In this document: piece after piece, positions 61,648 through 64,000 of the stretch | Numbering within the stretch: position 1 is the stretch's first letter | Layout: each line of letters opens with the position of its first letter | Source of the DNA: Nemertoderma westbladi | Lineage: Eukaryota > Animalia > Xenacoelomorpha | NCBI GenBank assembly: GCA_032718475.1 | Contig: JAUCBJ010005606.1 | Span: forward strand, 1-64,000 | Direction of reading: 5' to 3' | Length of the DNA stretch: 64,000 nucleotides | Position numbers and translations under genes: made by a program | Notes under the pieces: generated by a model | Database searches by the model: none | What the model saw: only the letters and a program-made list of their open reading frames with translations | What the model was told of the DNA's origin: nothing

Positions 61648-64000
61648 ATGCTGCGATACTCCATAAATACTGTTTTCCTATATATTTTAATTTTAATTAC
61701 TCATACCAGTTATTGTTTAGCAGCTGAAACTATTGCTCAGATAAGTGATGAAAGTGAACTCGTAGAAGAATACAAGGGGCCAAAGGAGTCTGTTGACTGC
61801 AGTTGTTCATCTAATCAGGATCCATGTCATCTAAGATCCCGAGATATACTTAAAGGGGAAGAATATGTGAGCTGCACAAATTCAAATGGAGAACGTAATG
61901 AATGGTACTACAGAGATCAAAGGTTAACACCTGATGAATTTATCCAACCGGACGAGACACGATATCATATAACAAGTGTTGATTATTGGAAATATAACAC
62001 ATCGCCATTAGAGTGCAAAACAAAGAAGAAAAAACACGATGACAGATGCGAAATAACTCTCATTATAGAATATCCTGCAGAAAAGGTTCAAGTATATCAT
62101 GGTATATTGCCGTTGACTGATTTAAGAGTTAAGGCCGGTGATGATGTTGTGTTACGATGCAAATATACAGATGGTTATCCTAAGACACAAACCCATCTAT
62201 GGTATAAAGATGATGCTATTTTACCAGGTGATTTCTCCAATACGCTTTCCATTACAGATATATTGAAAACAGATGCTGGACGATACAAATGTGCTGCTAA
62301 AACAACATATAGCTTTGGGTCTGATTACGAGATAATTCAGTCAAACAGTGGAAAAATTACAGTTGAATATTGTGATAATGTAATACTATATTTTAGTTAT
62401 AAATGGTACGAACCACAAGCTGATAGCCTCTCGAAATACAAAGTAACAATTGTAGTTGGGGAATTTGCAAAGTTTATGTGGAGATTCAAGTCATCAACTA
62501 ATATGTTTTTCGTATGGAACGGAAAAGCAACACAAGAGTTCGGACAATCACTTGAATTTACAGCTACAAAGGAGAGTAAAGGGATTGTAAATACTGAGGC
62601 AGAATGCAGTTTCCAGTGTGAAGATTGCCGTTCTGTAAGTTACAGAGCACAAATAGATATTGATACAATATACTGCATCGATGCAAAGCTGCGAATTACC
62701 ACCAATGGGGAAGCACCCCTAAAGCTAAATGATGGAAGCTTCCTTGTTATGAAAGACAGTGACGTTGTGATGCAACTAGAGGTTGATGCTAATATAGACC
62801 ACCAATTTGCCTGGAATGGACCTGGAATTCGTTCATTGGTTGAATCCTTTAATAAATCCAAACAACATTTTCAAGCAACACCAAATAGAAATGGCAAATT
62901 CGGTGCAACAGTTTCTTGTTTTTACAATTTAGAATTCGAATATGAAAACCACCATAATTTTGATTTTAACTTAACAGTTGGAGTGTCTCCAGATTTGGAA
63001 ATAGAAAAACAAGACATGTATGTTGATAAATCAGGTAATGTAACCATGATGTGTAAAGCCGTAAGCAATCCACCACCTACAGGAGTTTACGGGGCTGTGC
63101 ACTGGCGATATAATGATCCAAATAGTTATCCAATTCAAGCAGATAACCAAAAGACATTCCTTTCAATAGACTCGGAGGATATATCAAGTAATGGCATTAT
63201 TACACATTGGAATACTGAAACATTTTTAAAAATAACAAATATTGAAGTAAAAGATGCTGGAATATATTATTGTGATTTCATTAATGGCGTTGGAATACTT
63301 GGAAGTGGTGTAATTTCCCTTCATGTCAGATCTGAACCAGAAAGTATTGATGTAAGTTCATTGGAAGTCAAGTATATCGATGCATCAACCATGGAAATAA
63401 CATGGAATGAAAGCTTTAATGGTGGGTATGCACAGTATTATCTGATAGAGTTATATAGTCTACAACAAGATATAACTAACGATACATCTCCAAATTTAAT
63501 ACAGTCGTTAAATCTAACAAACAGAAGATTTGTTCAAGGAGGTATTAGTGATCAGCATTCCTATGAAATAATTTGTCAATCATGCAACCAACTAGGTTGC
63601 AGTAGAAAGAACAATGCCTTTATTCAGTACGATTATAATGCAGAGAAATTAACTGGTGGTTCATCAGCTGGAACGACAATTGTCATTGCAGTCGTGGTGT
63701 CAGTAACTATAATTGTAATCATGGTTATTGCTTTGTATTATTTTGTAGTTCGAGTAACAGCAAGACGATCTGATAAATTTAAATCATTTGAAAATCCCCC
63801 AAAGCAAGGTAACTCACAGGCGGTTGTGGGTGATGATGATTATATGGTGTATGATGTAAACAAAAGAGCAAGCAACAGGAAATCTCTCACTGAGTATGCT
63901 CTCAGAAAAAAACATAATCGTGAATCTTCACATCCAAAAGAGATAGACATGAACAAAGATGCGGCTGATTTGTATGCAGAGTATGCAGTTTCTGGAGGAT
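61648..64000 (+). CDS. Intronless IgSF type I transmembrane receptor, paralogue D (runs off the window; not in the ORF track)
   Basis: ATG at 61648 (MLRYSINTVFLYILILITHTSYCLAA...), colinear and highly similar to C through the Ig domains, FN3, TM and into the tail (NRKSLTEYAL, DAADLYAEYAVSGG); no stop before the window end. Confidence 0.88.
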   Translation, partial: MLRYSINTVFLYILILITHTSYCLAAETIAQISDESELVEEYKGPKESVDCSCSSNQDPCHLRSRDILKGEEYVSCTNSNGERNEWYYRDQRLTPDEFIQPDETRYHITSVDYWKYNTSPLECKTKKKKHDDRCEITLIIEYPAEKVQVYHGILPLTDLRVKAGDDVVLRCKYTDGYPKTQTHLWYKDDAILPGDFSNTLSITDILKTDAGRYKCAAKTTYSFGSDYEIIQSNSGKITVEYCDNVILYFSYKWYEPQADSLSKYKVTIVVGEFAKFMWRFKSSTNMFFVWNGKATQEFGQSLEFTATKESKGIVNTEAECSFQCEDCRSVSYRAQIDIDTIYCIDAKLRITTNGEAPLKLNDGSFLVMKDSDVVMQLEVDANIDHQFAWNGPGIRSLVESFNKSKQHFQATPNRNGKFGATVSCFYNLEFEYENHHNFDFNLTVGVSPDLEIEKQDMYVDKSGNVTMMCKAVSNPPPTGVYGAVHWRYNDPNSYPIQADNQKTFLSIDSEDISSNGIITHWNTETFLKITNIEVKDAGIYYCDFINGVGILGSGVISLHVRSEPESIDVSSLEVKYIDASTMEITWNESFNGGYAQYYLIELYSLQQDITNDTSPNLIQSLNLTNRRFVQGGISDQHSYEIICQSCNQLGCSRKNNAFIQYDYNAEKLTGGSSAGTTIVIAVVVSVTIIVIMVIALYYFVVRVTARRSDKFKSFENPPKQGNSQAVVGDDDYMVYDVNKRASNRKSLTEYALRKKHNRESSHPKEIDMNKDAADLYAEYAVSGG

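Overview
AT-rich, repeat-dense eukaryotic sequence, most likely an invertebrate animal; nothing here looks prokaryotic. The only clear host genes are four same-strand paralogues with intronless coding regions, spaced 15-20 kb apart: A 8426-11869, B 23539-26979, C 41963-44839 and D 61648->64000. D is missing from the ORF track because it runs off the window. Each encodes a type I membrane immunoglobulin-superfamily receptor: signal peptide, about 5 Ig-like domains (2 canonical, 3 atypical), one FN3, a TM helix and a long Tyr-motif-rich cytoplasmic tail. The paralogues diverge most in the membrane-distal domains while A and B have near-identical tails. B looks mosaic with a breakpoint at a domain boundary, tails come in long and short forms, and the C-terminus of A was rewritten by a SINE. 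Together this suggests a diversifying immune or allorecognition-type receptor cluster (inference). The spacers are filled with transposable elements: RTE-type and other LINE remnants, an IS3EU-like DNA transposon carrying a HECT-like remnant, a GC-rich BEL/Pao LTR retrotransposon, tRNA-derived SINEs, several MITE/foldback elements, Helentron-like non-autonomous repeats, and mini- and microsatellites. All alignments were made by eye.
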